Of a stretch of DNA of 46,227 nt, positions 8,137-17,116 are shown one piece after another. Numbering within the stretch: the first letter of the stretch is position 1; every line of letters begins with the position of its first letter. The DNA is taken from contig JBHHXT010000019.1 in assembly GCA_046757165.1 (NCBI GenBank), forward strand, positions 1-46,227, read 5' to 3'. The notes under the pieces are model-generated. The model was not told where the DNA came from and did no database searches. It worked only from the letters and a program-made list of their open reading frames with translations. This DNA comes from a bacterium. GTDB lineage: Bacteria; Zhuqueibacterota; Zhuqueibacteria; Oceanimicrobiales; Oceanimicrobiaceae. The position numbers were made by a program, and so were the translations under genes.

Positions 8137-9613
8137 CTTGCAGCCTCTCCCACAATATTTGCGTATCCTCAACTTTGGTCAGATCGTAGAGCGCGAACCG
8201 CAAGGGGACGCGCACCCGGAATGTCTTTTCGAGCCGTTCTGCCAGACGTTTATAGGCAATTTGGGTTCGCTCGGGACTGGTATTCAAGAAAAGGATCAAA
8301 ATGTCCCCGTTGGGCAAATCGGTAAACAGATCCGTCTTGCGGTAAGTTTGCCTTACCACATCCGCAAACGCCCTGCGAAACTGCCGGGAGTGGATCACGA
8401 GGGTTTCTCCCAGGCTGTCGCGTATACTCTGTAATTCAAATTTGGACAGCGTGGATGGCACCCGGTACCGCTTGCATCTGGCGACCTCCAGCTGCAGATA
8501 GTCCAGGAAGACCTCCCTCTTATAGAATCCCAACTCCTTTTTCAGGATATTGATGAGGCCGAATCCGGGAAGCACACCCTCTTCAGCAGCGCGATAACCT
8601 TCCTGCGCGAGGGTGTAGGCGCTAATCTGTTTGACCAACGCCTCCTCTGGCGCAAAAGTAGTGGCGCACGCCAGGCAAAAGCAAGAGAGCCGCGGGTCAG
8701 AAAAGTTGTGACCGCAGTCTCCACACCACAACACCTCTGAAGGTTTGTCATAATCCACCCCGATGTGCCGCAGCTCATTGTGACACTTCGGGCAGATGAG
8801 TTTTTCGCCACGGGCAAATTCAGACTCCCGACCCACGAAGGCACAGCGAAAATGGTGCACCGTCGCCTCCTCGTTGATGTTCAACGAGTTACAGTGCGGA
8901 CACAGCTCGCGAAAGTTGATCTGTGTATGCTCACAATGGGGGCAGACGTTCACGCGGTCGACCAGTTTTGCGCTCAACACCGTCGCCTCTTGCAGACTTT
9001 CCAGGTGCTCCAACTCCACGCCCGCGCGCACCTGAAACAACAACCGCACCAGGGGATAAGAATACCCAACCTTGGCACAACGGTCCCGGACTGGCTCCAA
9101 AACTGAGTTGGGCCGTGAATAGAGAAAGCGCAGAACGAGAACTTTCTTCAATCCGAGCTCACCGAGCGACTTTGGCAGCTCGACCAGGGAGTCGAGCTTT
9201 TCGGTCATGTGGGCAAATTTGTTGTGCACGATCTCTTCAAACAGTGTGTAGGAAACCGGCCATGGCAACGCTTCGTCAACCACGCCTGCCAGCGACGTCG
9301 CTTCGCACTCGTGGAGCAACAAGATGGGTTTGAGGAACAGTGCGGGGCGTGACTTGATGGCGCGCATGGCCTTCCATCCCCACGCCTCGCTAAGGACATG
9401 CAAAATGAGATAATGTGCGGCGCTCAAACTCCGCGTCAACCGCACGTTCCTGAAGTATGGCATGTCCTCACGCAGCCTTTTCAGCAAACCATAAACTGCC
9501 TCGTTTTTCCCCTCAGCCAGCAACCCGATTCTGATGCGCGGCTCAGCCCGCTCCTCCTCCTGAGAAATGATCCTGACCACCCCGGACCCGGGCCTTTCCG
9601 AAATCACCGTCAC
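8117..9613 (-). CDS. Signalling protein: degenerate REC-like region, TackOD1 Zn-ribbon domain, degenerate GGDEF domain with RxxD
   Basis: CPHC..CPHC..HFRC..CPKC..GVDY..CGDC..CLAC pattern. C-terminal REVFLDYLQLEVARCKRY...YRKTDLFTDLPNGDILILF has PNGDI at the GGDEF position and RKTD at the I-site position. Confidence 0.75.
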   Translation of the reverse strand: MTVISERPGSGVVRIISQEEERAEPRIRIGLLAEGKNEAVYGLLKRLREDMPYFRNVRLTRSLSAAHYLILHVLSEAWGWKAMRAIKSRPALFLKPILLLHECEATSLAGVVDEALPWPVSYTLFEEIVHNKFAHMTEKLDSLVELPKSLGELGLKKVLVLRFLYSRPNSVLEPVRDRCAKVGYSYPLVRLLFQVRAGVELEHLESLQEATVLSAKLVDRVNVCPHCEHTQINFRELCPHCNSLNINEEATVHHFRCAFVGRESEFARGEKLICPKCHNELRHIGVDYDKPSEVLWCGDCGHNFSDPRLSCFCLACATTFAPEEALVKQISAYTLAQEGYRAAEEGVLPGFGLINILKKELGFYKREVFLDYLQLEVARCKRYRVPSTLSKFELQSIRDSLGETLVIHSRQFRRAFADVVRQTYRKTDLFTDLPNGDILILFLNTSPERTQIAYKRLAERLEKTFRVRVPLRFALYDLTKVEDTQILWERLQDDGGRS

Positions 9614-9790
9614 GTTCGCCGCCTGGTAATCCTTTGATAATTCAAAACTTCACCGCTACAAGATAGAATACTGGTTATCCATACTTTCGACGTTCTTGTT
9701 ATCCTAGTTAACTCAAAACCCGATTGTTGCACTTATTTAAAATCAGCATAATAAGGAACTTAGATGAGTGTCACAGGCGGGATCTGACTT

Positions 9791-10392
9791 TTGCAGGTTA
9801 GTGATTACGGGGATCTCAGGATGGGAGATAACGACACTACTTGGGAGGCACCGCCAGAGCTGCTCAAATTTCTGAAAGATGGTCCTGCGCCTGTCTATGT
9901 GGGATTCGGCAGTATGTCGGGTGGAGAGGCGCATGAAGTCACACACACTGTCGTTGGAGCCTTGATCGGATCGAAACAGCGAGGGATAATCGTTACCGGC
10001 TGGGGAGGACTCTCAAAAGTCGAGGTTCCGAAAACCATTTATGTTGCCGAGCATATTCCTTTTGATTGGCTTTTTCCACAGGTGGCTGCAGTTGTGCATC
10101 ATGGCGGCGCTGGAACACTTGCTGAAGGGCTGAGAGCAGGGAAACCACCGTCGTATGCCCATTGGCGGGTGATCAACCCTTTTGGGGAGAAGTTGTTGCA
10201 GGATTGGGGGCGGGTCCGAAACCTGTTTCTTTGTACCGGCTCACGAAAAAGAATTTGGCCAGAGCAATACAAATTGCTGTTGAAAATGAAAGGATGCGTG
10301 ACTGTGCAGTGAAAATAGGTAAGAAGGTAAGATCCGAGAACGGGGTTGAGAGAGCGGTGAAGCTAATTGATGAATATTTGTCAGCCCAATAA
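9791..10392 (+). pseudogene. GT1 (sterol/UDP-glucosyltransferase-like) C-terminal fragment, frameshifted
   Basis: PVYVGFGSM and HHGGAGT..GLRAGKP, then a 1-nt loss near 10148; continues TVVCPLAGDQPFWG in the other frame. The N-terminal domain is absent. Confidence 0.75.
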
Positions 10393-10599
10393 TTGCATAA
10401 AGCTCAAAAAAGTGGTCGCAGGCTACGTTCTGAGGGAATTCAACTACTTCGACCGGTTTCAACTAACCGGCGATATTTGGGATATCCCGGTTTCGGATGC
10501 AAGATTCTAAAAAACGAAAGAGGAAACGCCGGGACTTTTGACAATCAGTTGACAGTGTTTTCACAAAGATGTACAAAGATAAGACAACTCATTAAGTGG

Positions 10600-11040
10600 T
10601 CAGCTATTCAACATTTTGATCAGTGTTCCTTCAAAATCATCACATTCGTTTATGAGAGCTCGTACCACTTTCGTAAAATAGCTGACATTGATAAGTTCTA
10701 ATTCAGCATTATGCATATGAGAGTATGTTTGCTTTTCGCCTATCTTCTCAATACACCAAAAGCCAATTTTCCTCTCAGAACTTCGTTGCAGTAACAAAGT
10801 AGATAGATAATGTGGAATATCATCAACCGATGAAAAGCTGGCCATACTTGGCACTGAAAACTCGAGAGTTGATTCAAACCTGATAATATACAGAGTTTGC
10901 TTACGTCCAGACTCCATGTTGAACTGTAATATCACTCGCTTGTCATTCGAGTCATATATCTTCCACCCGACTTCGTTACAATACTTCTGGATGGTGTTCC
11001 TAAAATTGACACCAGAGAAAAGCGAAGCGAAACTAGACAT
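10600..11040 (-). CDS. Hypothetical protein, YbjN/CesT-chaperone-like fold
   Basis: 146 aa; GRKQTLYI, LLLQRS..KIGFWCI and a C-terminal helix ending ECDDFEG; AT-rich coding sequence. Confidence 0.55.
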   Translation of the reverse strand: MSSFASLFSGVNFRNTIQKYCNEVGWKIYDSNDKRVILQFNMESGRKQTLYIIRFESTLEFSVPSMASFSSVDDIPHYLSTLLLQRSSERKIGFWCIEKIGEKQTYSHMHNAELELINVSYFTKVVRALINECDDFEGTLIKMLNS

Positions 11041-11345
11041 TTGACATTCCTTGATATTGGATTAATGTGGTTCCTCCCTTCCGGAAAATCACTGGTCGTC
11101 GCCGGAGATGGATTTGATCGAGACTGGAACTCGCAGTTGGAGATTGGAACTGATGAAAAATAGCCAAATGTGACGAAAATGTCAACAAGAAATGAGTGTA
11201 TCTCAAATTACGGGCATCGCTAAGCCGTTTGTTTAGGTAGTGATAGTCATCAGTGTATAATTTTTTGACTTGCTAAGATGAACTCCGCGGTCGTATATTG
11301 TGCTCATGAGAAGCCTCCTTTGGCACTAAACAAGATAAACAAGAC

Positions 11346-12383
11346 ATGAAAAAAGCACGGATCATTGAAATTACCCGGTTTGGCCCGCCGGAGGTTTTGA
11401 AGATTAAAGAAGAGACACTCCCGCAGGCAGGGCCCTCTGACGTCGTCATCGAAGTGAAAGCCATAGGATTGAACTTTGCGGATATCTTTGAACGGTTGGG
11501 CTTGTACGAAGCCGCGCCAAAAGCGCCGTTTGTGCCCGGGTTTGAGGTAGCCGGAGTCATCGAGGAAGTCGGCCCAAAGGTGCCGGGATTGGAGCTCGGG
11601 CAGGCCGTCCTGGGCATCACCCGATTTGGGGGCTACAAATCGCGGCTCCGGCTCGATCACAATTTCGTGCGGCCACTGCCGCAGGATTTTACCTTTGCAG
11701 AAGGCGCTGGCTTCCCGACAACTTACCTGACGGCTTATCACGGCATGATCAATTTGGGCCATCTTAAAAAGGGCGAGAAAATTCTGATTCATGCAGCGGC
11801 TGGCGGCGTTGGCACGGCGGCGATTCAAATCGCTCAGATTTTTGAGGCCGAAATCTTCGCCACTTGCGGCTCCGAGGAAAAGGTCGAGTTTCTCAAAACC
11901 CTGGGCGACTTTCACATCATCAATTACACGCGCAACGACTTTGAGAAGGAAATCCGCACACTCAATCAAAACGGCGGTGTCGATGTGATCATGGATTCGA
12001 TCGGTGGCGCCACGTTTCGCAAAGGCTATCGCCTCCTCAATCCCATGGGACGGCTGGTGATCTTCGGCCTGGGCAGCCTGATGCCTTCTGGCAAAAGGCC
12101 TAATTGGCTCAAGCTCGCCTACCAGGTTCTCACGCTGCCGAGGTTCAGCCCATTCAAGATGATGCCGGAGAACAAGACCATTGCCGCGTTTCACCTGGCA
12201 TACATGTTTGACCACATCCGTGAGTTTTCCTCTGCCTTTGACCAGTTGTTAACCTGGGCGAACGAAGGCAGATTGCGCACTGTCGTTGGAAAGACGTTTC
12301 CCTTTGAACAAGCGGCAGCCGCGCAGACCTATCTACAGAGCAGAAAAAGTATCGGCAAGGTCATTTTAAGCGTTGATGAGTGA
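11346..12383 (+). CDS. MDR-family NADPH:quinone oxidoreductase (zeta-crystallin/VAT-1-like)
   Basis: FGPPEVL, GLNFAD, PFVPGFEVAG, LIHAAAGGVGTAAIQIA, RKSIGKVIL. Confidence 0.9.
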   Translation: MKKARIIEITRFGPPEVLKIKEETLPQAGPSDVVIEVKAIGLNFADIFERLGLYEAAPKAPFVPGFEVAGVIEEVGPKVPGLELGQAVLGITRFGGYKSRLRLDHNFVRPLPQDFTFAEGAGFPTTYLTAYHGMINLGHLKKGEKILIHAAAGGVGTAAIQIAQIFEAEIFATCGSEEKVEFLKTLGDFHIINYTRNDFEKEIRTLNQNGGVDVIMDSIGGATFRKGYRLLNPMGRLVIFGLGSLMPSGKRPNWLKLAYQVLTLPRFSPFKMMPENKTIAAFHLAYMFDHIREFSSAFDQLLTWANEGRLRTVVGKTFPFEQAAAAQTYLQSRKSIGKVILSVDE

Positions 12384-12429
12384 GTGCCAGGTAAATTTGC
12401 AGATCGAAAATCGCGCGCGGTGACCAACG

Positions 12430-12508
12430 CTATGTTCTATTGTTCTATTGTTTTATTGTTTCATTGTTAATCAGGAGCAGCAATAGAACAATAGAACAAT
12501 GGAACACT
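12430..12508. repeat. Inverted arrays of 8-bp repeats between convergent genes
   Basis: About four TATTGTTC-like units, then about three CAATAGAA-like complementary units. Confidence 0.65.
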
Positions 12509-12511
12509 GGC

Positions 12512-13132
12512 CTACTTCTTCGGAAACGTCGTCTTGAAGACATAATCCCACAAAGGCGAGCTCACACCATAGCCCAGCTCCTCATCCTGATAATGATGCC
12601 GGATATGATGGCGCTTCAACCACTGCCCGATACGGCTCTTCATGGGAAAGTGGTGGGTGGCATAATGTATGGTATCATAGCACACATAGCCAAACAGGAA
12701 ACCCGGGAAAAAAGCAAACAGATACGTTTGCTCCAACAGCAACCCAAAGACGCCGTAGAAGAAAAGAGCGAGCGGGATGCTGATGACCGGCGGCATGACC
12801 AGGCGGCGCGAGTCGTTAGGATAGTCATGATGAACGCCATGCATCAGGTGCAGAATGTACCTGGCCACAGCGCTCGAGCCTTCAAGGTGGAACACGAAGC
12901 GATGGATAACATATTCAGTAAACGTCCACGCAAGTATCCCGCCCAGGAACAGGCTGAGCAGCGCCAGAACAGATAGCGTGGGGTGCGCGAGGGCGCGATA
13001 GACCAGAAACGCAATCACCGGTAAATAGAGAACGACAGGAACACTTGGATGCACATACGAAAGCCGGTCCAGAAATCGATTCTCGAATAATGGAACAGAT
13101 TCATCTTTGTTGGAAACGTATCGCTGGGCCAT
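12512..13132 (-). CDS. Sterol desaturase/fatty-acid 2-hydroxylase family protein
   Basis: His boxes EYVIHRFVFH, HGVHH, YDTIHYATHH and HHIRHH; RLVMPP; YGVSSPLWD. Confidence 0.9.
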   Translation of the reverse strand: MAQRYVSNKDESVPLFENRFLDRLSYVHPSVPVVLYLPVIAFLVYRALAHPTLSVLALLSLFLGGILAWTFTEYVIHRFVFHLEGSSAVARYILHLMHGVHHDYPNDSRRLVMPPVISIPLALFFYGVFGLLLEQTYLFAFFPGFLFGYVCYDTIHYATHHFPMKSRIGQWLKRHHIRHHYQDEELGYGVSSPLWDYVFKTTFPKK

Positions 13133-13267
13133 TTTTTCCTCCTACCTTGCAAAACCGGGGATCCACAACCCGGAAGTCATTGATTATTCATCTAAAAGAC
13201 ACGATTCAATTCTAAGGGCATTGACATCTTTATAACCGCACTTTCGCACGAATTATTTCACACCGTT

Positions 13268-13489
13268 TTATTTTCGTCTTTTTGAATTCAGCCAGAAGGC
13301 GATGAACGCGACAACGCTGAAAGGAAGGAGAGAGAGGAATGCAGCGCTAAGATAGTAGGTATTCAGCACTTTTGTGACAGAGGAGCCAAAACAACTGGGA
13401 CACCCCTGAACACTTTCAGAAGTCAGCAACAAGAAAGACAAAACGTAGATGGCGCTCAAACTTCTGACGAAGCGCTTCAAAACGGACAC
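13268..13489 (-). CDS. Small membrane protein with CPxC motif, last gene of the oxidase operon
   Basis: GTG start with GAGG RBS; signal/TM segment, CPSCFG, second TM, basic tail. Confidence 0.65.
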   Translation of the reverse strand: MSVLKRFVRSLSAIYVLSFLLLTSESVQGCPSCFGSSVTKVLNTYYLSAAFLSLLPFSVVAFIAFWLNSKRRK

Positions 13490-13506
13490 CGTATCAACCT
13501 CATGAG

Positions 13507-14220
13507 TTAGCTCAAATAAACCAGGACAAACAACACTGGCCAGATGGCGACGACAAAGTACCAGTACAAACCACAGAGTTCAGCCAGCGTGTCGCTGCGG
13601 GTGGAATAGGTCCTGGCTAAAGATTTCTTCAGGACGATGAGCAGGAACACCATCGCACCCGCCACATGCAGGCCATGACATCCGATCAGGGCATAAAATA
13701 TTCCGCCATAGGTGCTGGAGGTCAAAGTCAAACCGAACCGGATCAGGCGAACCCATTCGGAGCCTTGAATCAAGAGAAACGTGGCCCCTAAGCCGGCGGT
13801 CGCAATCAACCATTTGGTCATGGTCATGGACAGGTCTGCCCGGCTGGCCCGCATCGCTCGATTCATCGTGAAACCGCTGGCAAGCAGAAAAACCGTATTG
13901 ACCAGGGTCACCACGAGGGGAAGCATGGGTTGACCCGCAGGGGGCCATGTTTGGCTGTTGGCCCGCAGGATGAGAAAAACGCTGATCAGCCCGCCAAAAA
14001 ACATCACTTCCGCGCCGATGAACATGAGCAGCCCCAGAACCCCCTTGTTGACCGGCGCTTGCTGTACCGAAGCGAAACCGGGGTCTGCCGCGCCCTTCAA
14101 ACCATCGCTCTCGAGGCCGGAACTATGGCCATCATTTATCTCGGGCGTTGTCATTCTGGTCGCCATCGCTGCTGCCAATATTTGGGTTGATGTGTTTTCA
14201 TGTTTAGCGATTGTAGACAA
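13507..14220 (-). CDS. ctaE: Heme-copper oxidase subunit III (second paralog)
   Basis: GLLMFIGAEVMFFGGL, NTVFLLASG, FYALIGCHGLHV, LYWYFVVAIW. Confidence 0.88.
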   Translation of the reverse strand: MSTIAKHENTSTQILAAAMATRMTTPEINDGHSSGLESDGLKGAADPGFASVQQAPVNKGVLGLLMFIGAEVMFFGGLISVFLILRANSQTWPPAGQPMLPLVVTLVNTVFLLASGFTMNRAMRASRADLSMTMTKWLIATAGLGATFLLIQGSEWVRLIRFGLTLTSSTYGGIFYALIGCHGLHVAGAMVFLLIVLKKSLARTYSTRSDTLAELCGLYWYFVVAIWPVLFVLVYLS

Positions 14221-14485
14221 TATCTGGTATGAGCGAAATGGTCATCCCGATGAAGAGCAAGACCGGAATGATGGCAATGTAACGAATCAGTCGCTGCTCG
14301 AATTTTAGATGCATGAAATAGACGGCCACCAGTCCCGCTTTGACGGCAGCGACGAAAAAAATAAATGCCACTGTCAGTGGCGGTGAAAATGGCAAAAGAA
14401 CCGCTCCGACGCTGACAAACAGCAAAAGAAGCAGCCACGCCCAGACAGCGACATAGTTCGGATGCTCATGTTGAGTGTGTGACAT
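14204..14485 (-). CDS. ctaF: Cytochrome c oxidase subunit IV (CtaF/CyoD-like)
   Basis: Three TM helices; KAGLVAVYFMHLKFE signature. Confidence 0.85.
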   Translation of the reverse strand: MSHTQHEHPNYVAVWAWLLLLLFVSVGAVLLPFSPPLTVAFIFFVAAVKAGLVAVYFMHLKFEQRLIRYIAIIPVLLFIGMTISLIPDIVYNR

Positions 14486-14594
14486 ATTCTAACTCCTTTC
14501 GGGTAAACTTCGGCAGTTGGCTGTTGGCCTCGAGCTTGCTGATAAGGTTATTTGTCATCTCTTATTTTTTGTTCAACTGCTCAACAGCGGCCCC

Positions 14595-15185
14595 TCAATA
14601 CGAAAGATAAAGCAACGGAAACAGGAAAATCCAAACGACGTCAACGAAATGCCAGTACAGCCCTGCGTATTCCACCCGCTGCTGCGTTCTCGGCCAGAGC
14701 GTGCCTCTGACGGCCATAACGAAGAGCGCAAAGTTTGCGATAATGCCTGCCAGGACATGCAGGCCATGCAGCCCGGTCAAGGCGTAATAAAAGGCCCAAA
14801 ACATGCCGGACAGCGGCGTGAATCCCTGAGAGATTTCTATCGAGTATTCAACCGCTTTGACGCCCAGGAATGTCACTCCGAGTAAGACCGTGAACAAAAG
14901 GTAGGTCCGGGCCGACTTCCTATCTTCTTCGTCAATCGCCTGAAAGGCTTTTACCATGGTCAAGCTGCTGGTGAGCAGAATGACGGTATTGAAGGTGCCA
15001 ATTGCTGTGCTAACATGCTGAGCCATGTCAGCCCACGTGCCGGCACTGGCCATGCGGTAGAGAATATAGATCGCCAGGAAGCCGCCAAATACCATGATTT
15101 CAGAGGCTAAGAACCACCAGAGCGCGATTTTGCCTGACGGCGCTTGAGTTTGCGGATATTCCTCAACGGCGGAAACGGTGCCCAT
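14595..15185 (-). CDS. ctaE: Heme-copper oxidase subunit III (first paralog)
   Basis: WWFLASEIMVFGG, NTVILLTSS, TGLHGLHV, GLYWHFVDVVW. Confidence 0.92.
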   Translation of the reverse strand: MGTVSAVEEYPQTQAPSGKIALWWFLASEIMVFGGFLAIYILYRMASAGTWADMAQHVSTAIGTFNTVILLTSSLTMVKAFQAIDEEDRKSARTYLLFTVLLGVTFLGVKAVEYSIEISQGFTPLSGMFWAFYYALTGLHGLHVLAGIIANFALFVMAVRGTLWPRTQQRVEYAGLYWHFVDVVWIFLFPLLYLSY

Positions 15186-15243
15186 TCTGCTATCTCCCTT
15201 GTCTTAACATTAACGGTTCGGGTTTATTCTTCTTCAAGCTATG

Positions 15244-15322
15244 TCTGGTTCCAACGCTCTGCGTCCCTTTACTTGACGCGGAGCGTCAAATACTGGTTCC
15301 CACGCGGAGCGTGGGAACCAGA
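15244..15322. repeat. REP-like palindrome cluster between oxidase subunits I and III
   Basis: CTGGTTCCCACGC-GGA-GCGTGGGAACCAG (15293-15321), TTGACGC-GGA-GCGTCAA (15273-15289) and a partial copy at 15244. Confidence 0.7.
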
Positions 15323-15368
15323 CCGTGTAGGTGCGTGATCATCATACACCAAATCCTGCACCGAAGGA

Positions 15369-17102
15369 CTAGGCCGCGGCCGCGGTTTTCTTCGGTTCAT
15401 TCTGCGGCTGCCAATCCCGGCCATTGCCAGGCGAACTGTACTCGTACGGGCCATGATAAACCCTGGGCAGGGTAGCAAAATTGCCATGAGGGGGCGGCGA
15501 AGGCGCAGCAGCCCACTCCAGCGTGTTCGCCTGCCAGGGATTATCCTCCGCTCGTTTCCCTTTGAACAGGCTCCAGAAGAAATTGATCACAAAGGGAATC
15601 TGCCCGATGAAAAGCAGAATCGCGGCGATGGTGATGAGCTGATTGATCGGGCCAAAGGGCTTGAGAAAGTCATATTGCAACGGGTTGTAAATACGGCGCA
15701 TGTGGCCACCCATGCCCAGCACGAACATCGGGATAAACGTCAGGTTGAAAAAGATGATCGTAAACCAAAAATGGATTTTCCCGAGCCCCTCGTTCATCAT
15801 GCGGCCAAACATTTTCGGGAACCAGAAGTAGAGCCCGGCGAAGCCAGCCAGAAGGGCTGACGGAAAAAGGGTAAAATGAAAGTGAGCGACGACAAAATAA
15901 GTATCGTGAATGTAGATATCCACCGGCGCCGAGCCATTGAATATGCCTGTCACCCCACCGACGATGAACGTCAGAATCGTGCCGAGCGCAAAGAGCATCG
16001 GTGTGGGAAAACGCAGTGAACCGCCCCATAGCGTTGCCATGAAAGCAAAGATTACGATGGCAAATGGAACCGAGATCAGGATGGTGGTAATGCTGAAGGG
16101 CATCACCAACCGTGGGTCTATGCCGCTGACGAACATGTGATGCGCCCAGACCACGAAGCTGAGAACCCCGGCCACCAGGACTGAGTAGATAATGGTTTTG
16201 TACCCGAAAATCGGCTTGCGAGCAAATACTGGCAAGATTTCGAACAAAGCGCCCAGGCCGGGCAACAGGATCACATAAACCTCCGGATGCCCAAAAAACC
16301 AAAACAGATGCTGCCACAACAACGGGTCCCCGCCTCGATCAGCGATGAAGAACCCGGTGCCAACTGTACGGTCCAGCAGGAGCAAAATCGCCCCCGCGAT
16401 AAGCGGGCCGACGGACAGCATAAAAAGAACCGATGCAGTGATCTGCATCCAGACCATCAGGGGCAACCGGTACATCGTGAGGCCGGGGGCCCGCATGGTG
16501 ATGGTGGTAGTGAGGAAATTGATGCCGCCCATCAGGAAGGAGGTAAATTCCAACGCCAGTCCCAGTATCCAGAGATTCAGGCCCCAATTCACTCCCGTGA
16601 GCACGGGGTCTGCTGATAAGGGTGCGTAGCCCGTCCAACCAGCGGCCGCCGCACCCCCCGGGACGAAAAAGGAGGCGATCATCAACACCGAGCCGAGAAA
16701 GATAGTCCAGAAAGACATCATGTTTAGCCTCGGAAAGGCCATATCCGGTGCGCCAACCATCAACGGCAGCAGAAAGTTACCGAAGGCGCCCAGCAACAAT
16801 GGCATGGCGACGAAAAACACCATCAGGGTACCGTGCATCGTCACCAGTGCGTCATAGAATTCCGGCGGAATGATGCCGTTGACCACCGTCGGTTCCGGAA
16901 TCCAACCGGCACCGGGGACCGCAGTTTCAGGCCACGCGAGCTGCCAGCGCATGTAGTAGGCCAGCAGACCGCCAACGACAGCCATAAACAGGCCGAGAAA
17001 CATGTACTGCTTGGCAATGACTTTGTGGTCGATCGAAAAAATGTACGTGCGAAAAAAACTCAGCTCCTTGTGCTCAGCCGCGTGACGGACCTCGTCAGCC
17101 AT
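15369..17102 (-). CDS. ctaD: Heme-copper oxidase subunit I, A1 type, with atypical K-channel
   Basis: TMHG, PDMAFPRLN, WFFGHPEVY, WAHHM, AHFH and MRR: all six His ligands and the active-site Tyr are present. Confidence 0.96.
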   Translation of the reverse strand: MADEVRHAAEHKELSFFRTYIFSIDHKVIAKQYMFLGLFMAVVGGLLAYYMRWQLAWPETAVPGAGWIPEPTVVNGIIPPEFYDALVTMHGTLMVFFVAMPLLLGAFGNFLLPLMVGAPDMAFPRLNMMSFWTIFLGSVLMIASFFVPGGAAAAGWTGYAPLSADPVLTGVNWGLNLWILGLALEFTSFLMGGINFLTTTITMRAPGLTMYRLPLMVWMQITASVLFMLSVGPLIAGAILLLLDRTVGTGFFIADRGGDPLLWQHLFWFFGHPEVYVILLPGLGALFEILPVFARKPIFGYKTIIYSVLVAGVLSFVVWAHHMFVSGIDPRLVMPFSITTILISVPFAIVIFAFMATLWGGSLRFPTPMLFALGTILTFIVGGVTGIFNGSAPVDIYIHDTYFVVAHFHFTLFPSALLAGFAGLYFWFPKMFGRMMNEGLGKIHFWFTIIFFNLTFIPMFVLGMGGHMRRIYNPLQYDFLKPFGPINQLITIAAILLFIGQIPFVINFFWSLFKGKRAEDNPWQANTLEWAAAPSPPPHGNFATLPRVYHGPYEYSSPGNGRDWQPQNEPKKTAAAA

Positions 17103-17116
17103 ACTCTCCTCCTCAT

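Noticed and set aside
11304..12215. 303-aa minus-strand ORF
   Set aside because: Antisense to a clear MDR oxidoreductase.
13507..15185. Two subunit III genes as a novelty
   Set aside because: Split or duplicated short subunit III genes are common in ACIII-associated oxidase operons.
15369..17102. Nitric oxide reductase call for subunit I
   Set aside because: The HPEVY tyrosine, the three CuB histidines and the D-channel are retained, so it is A-family by sequence; substrate remains untested.
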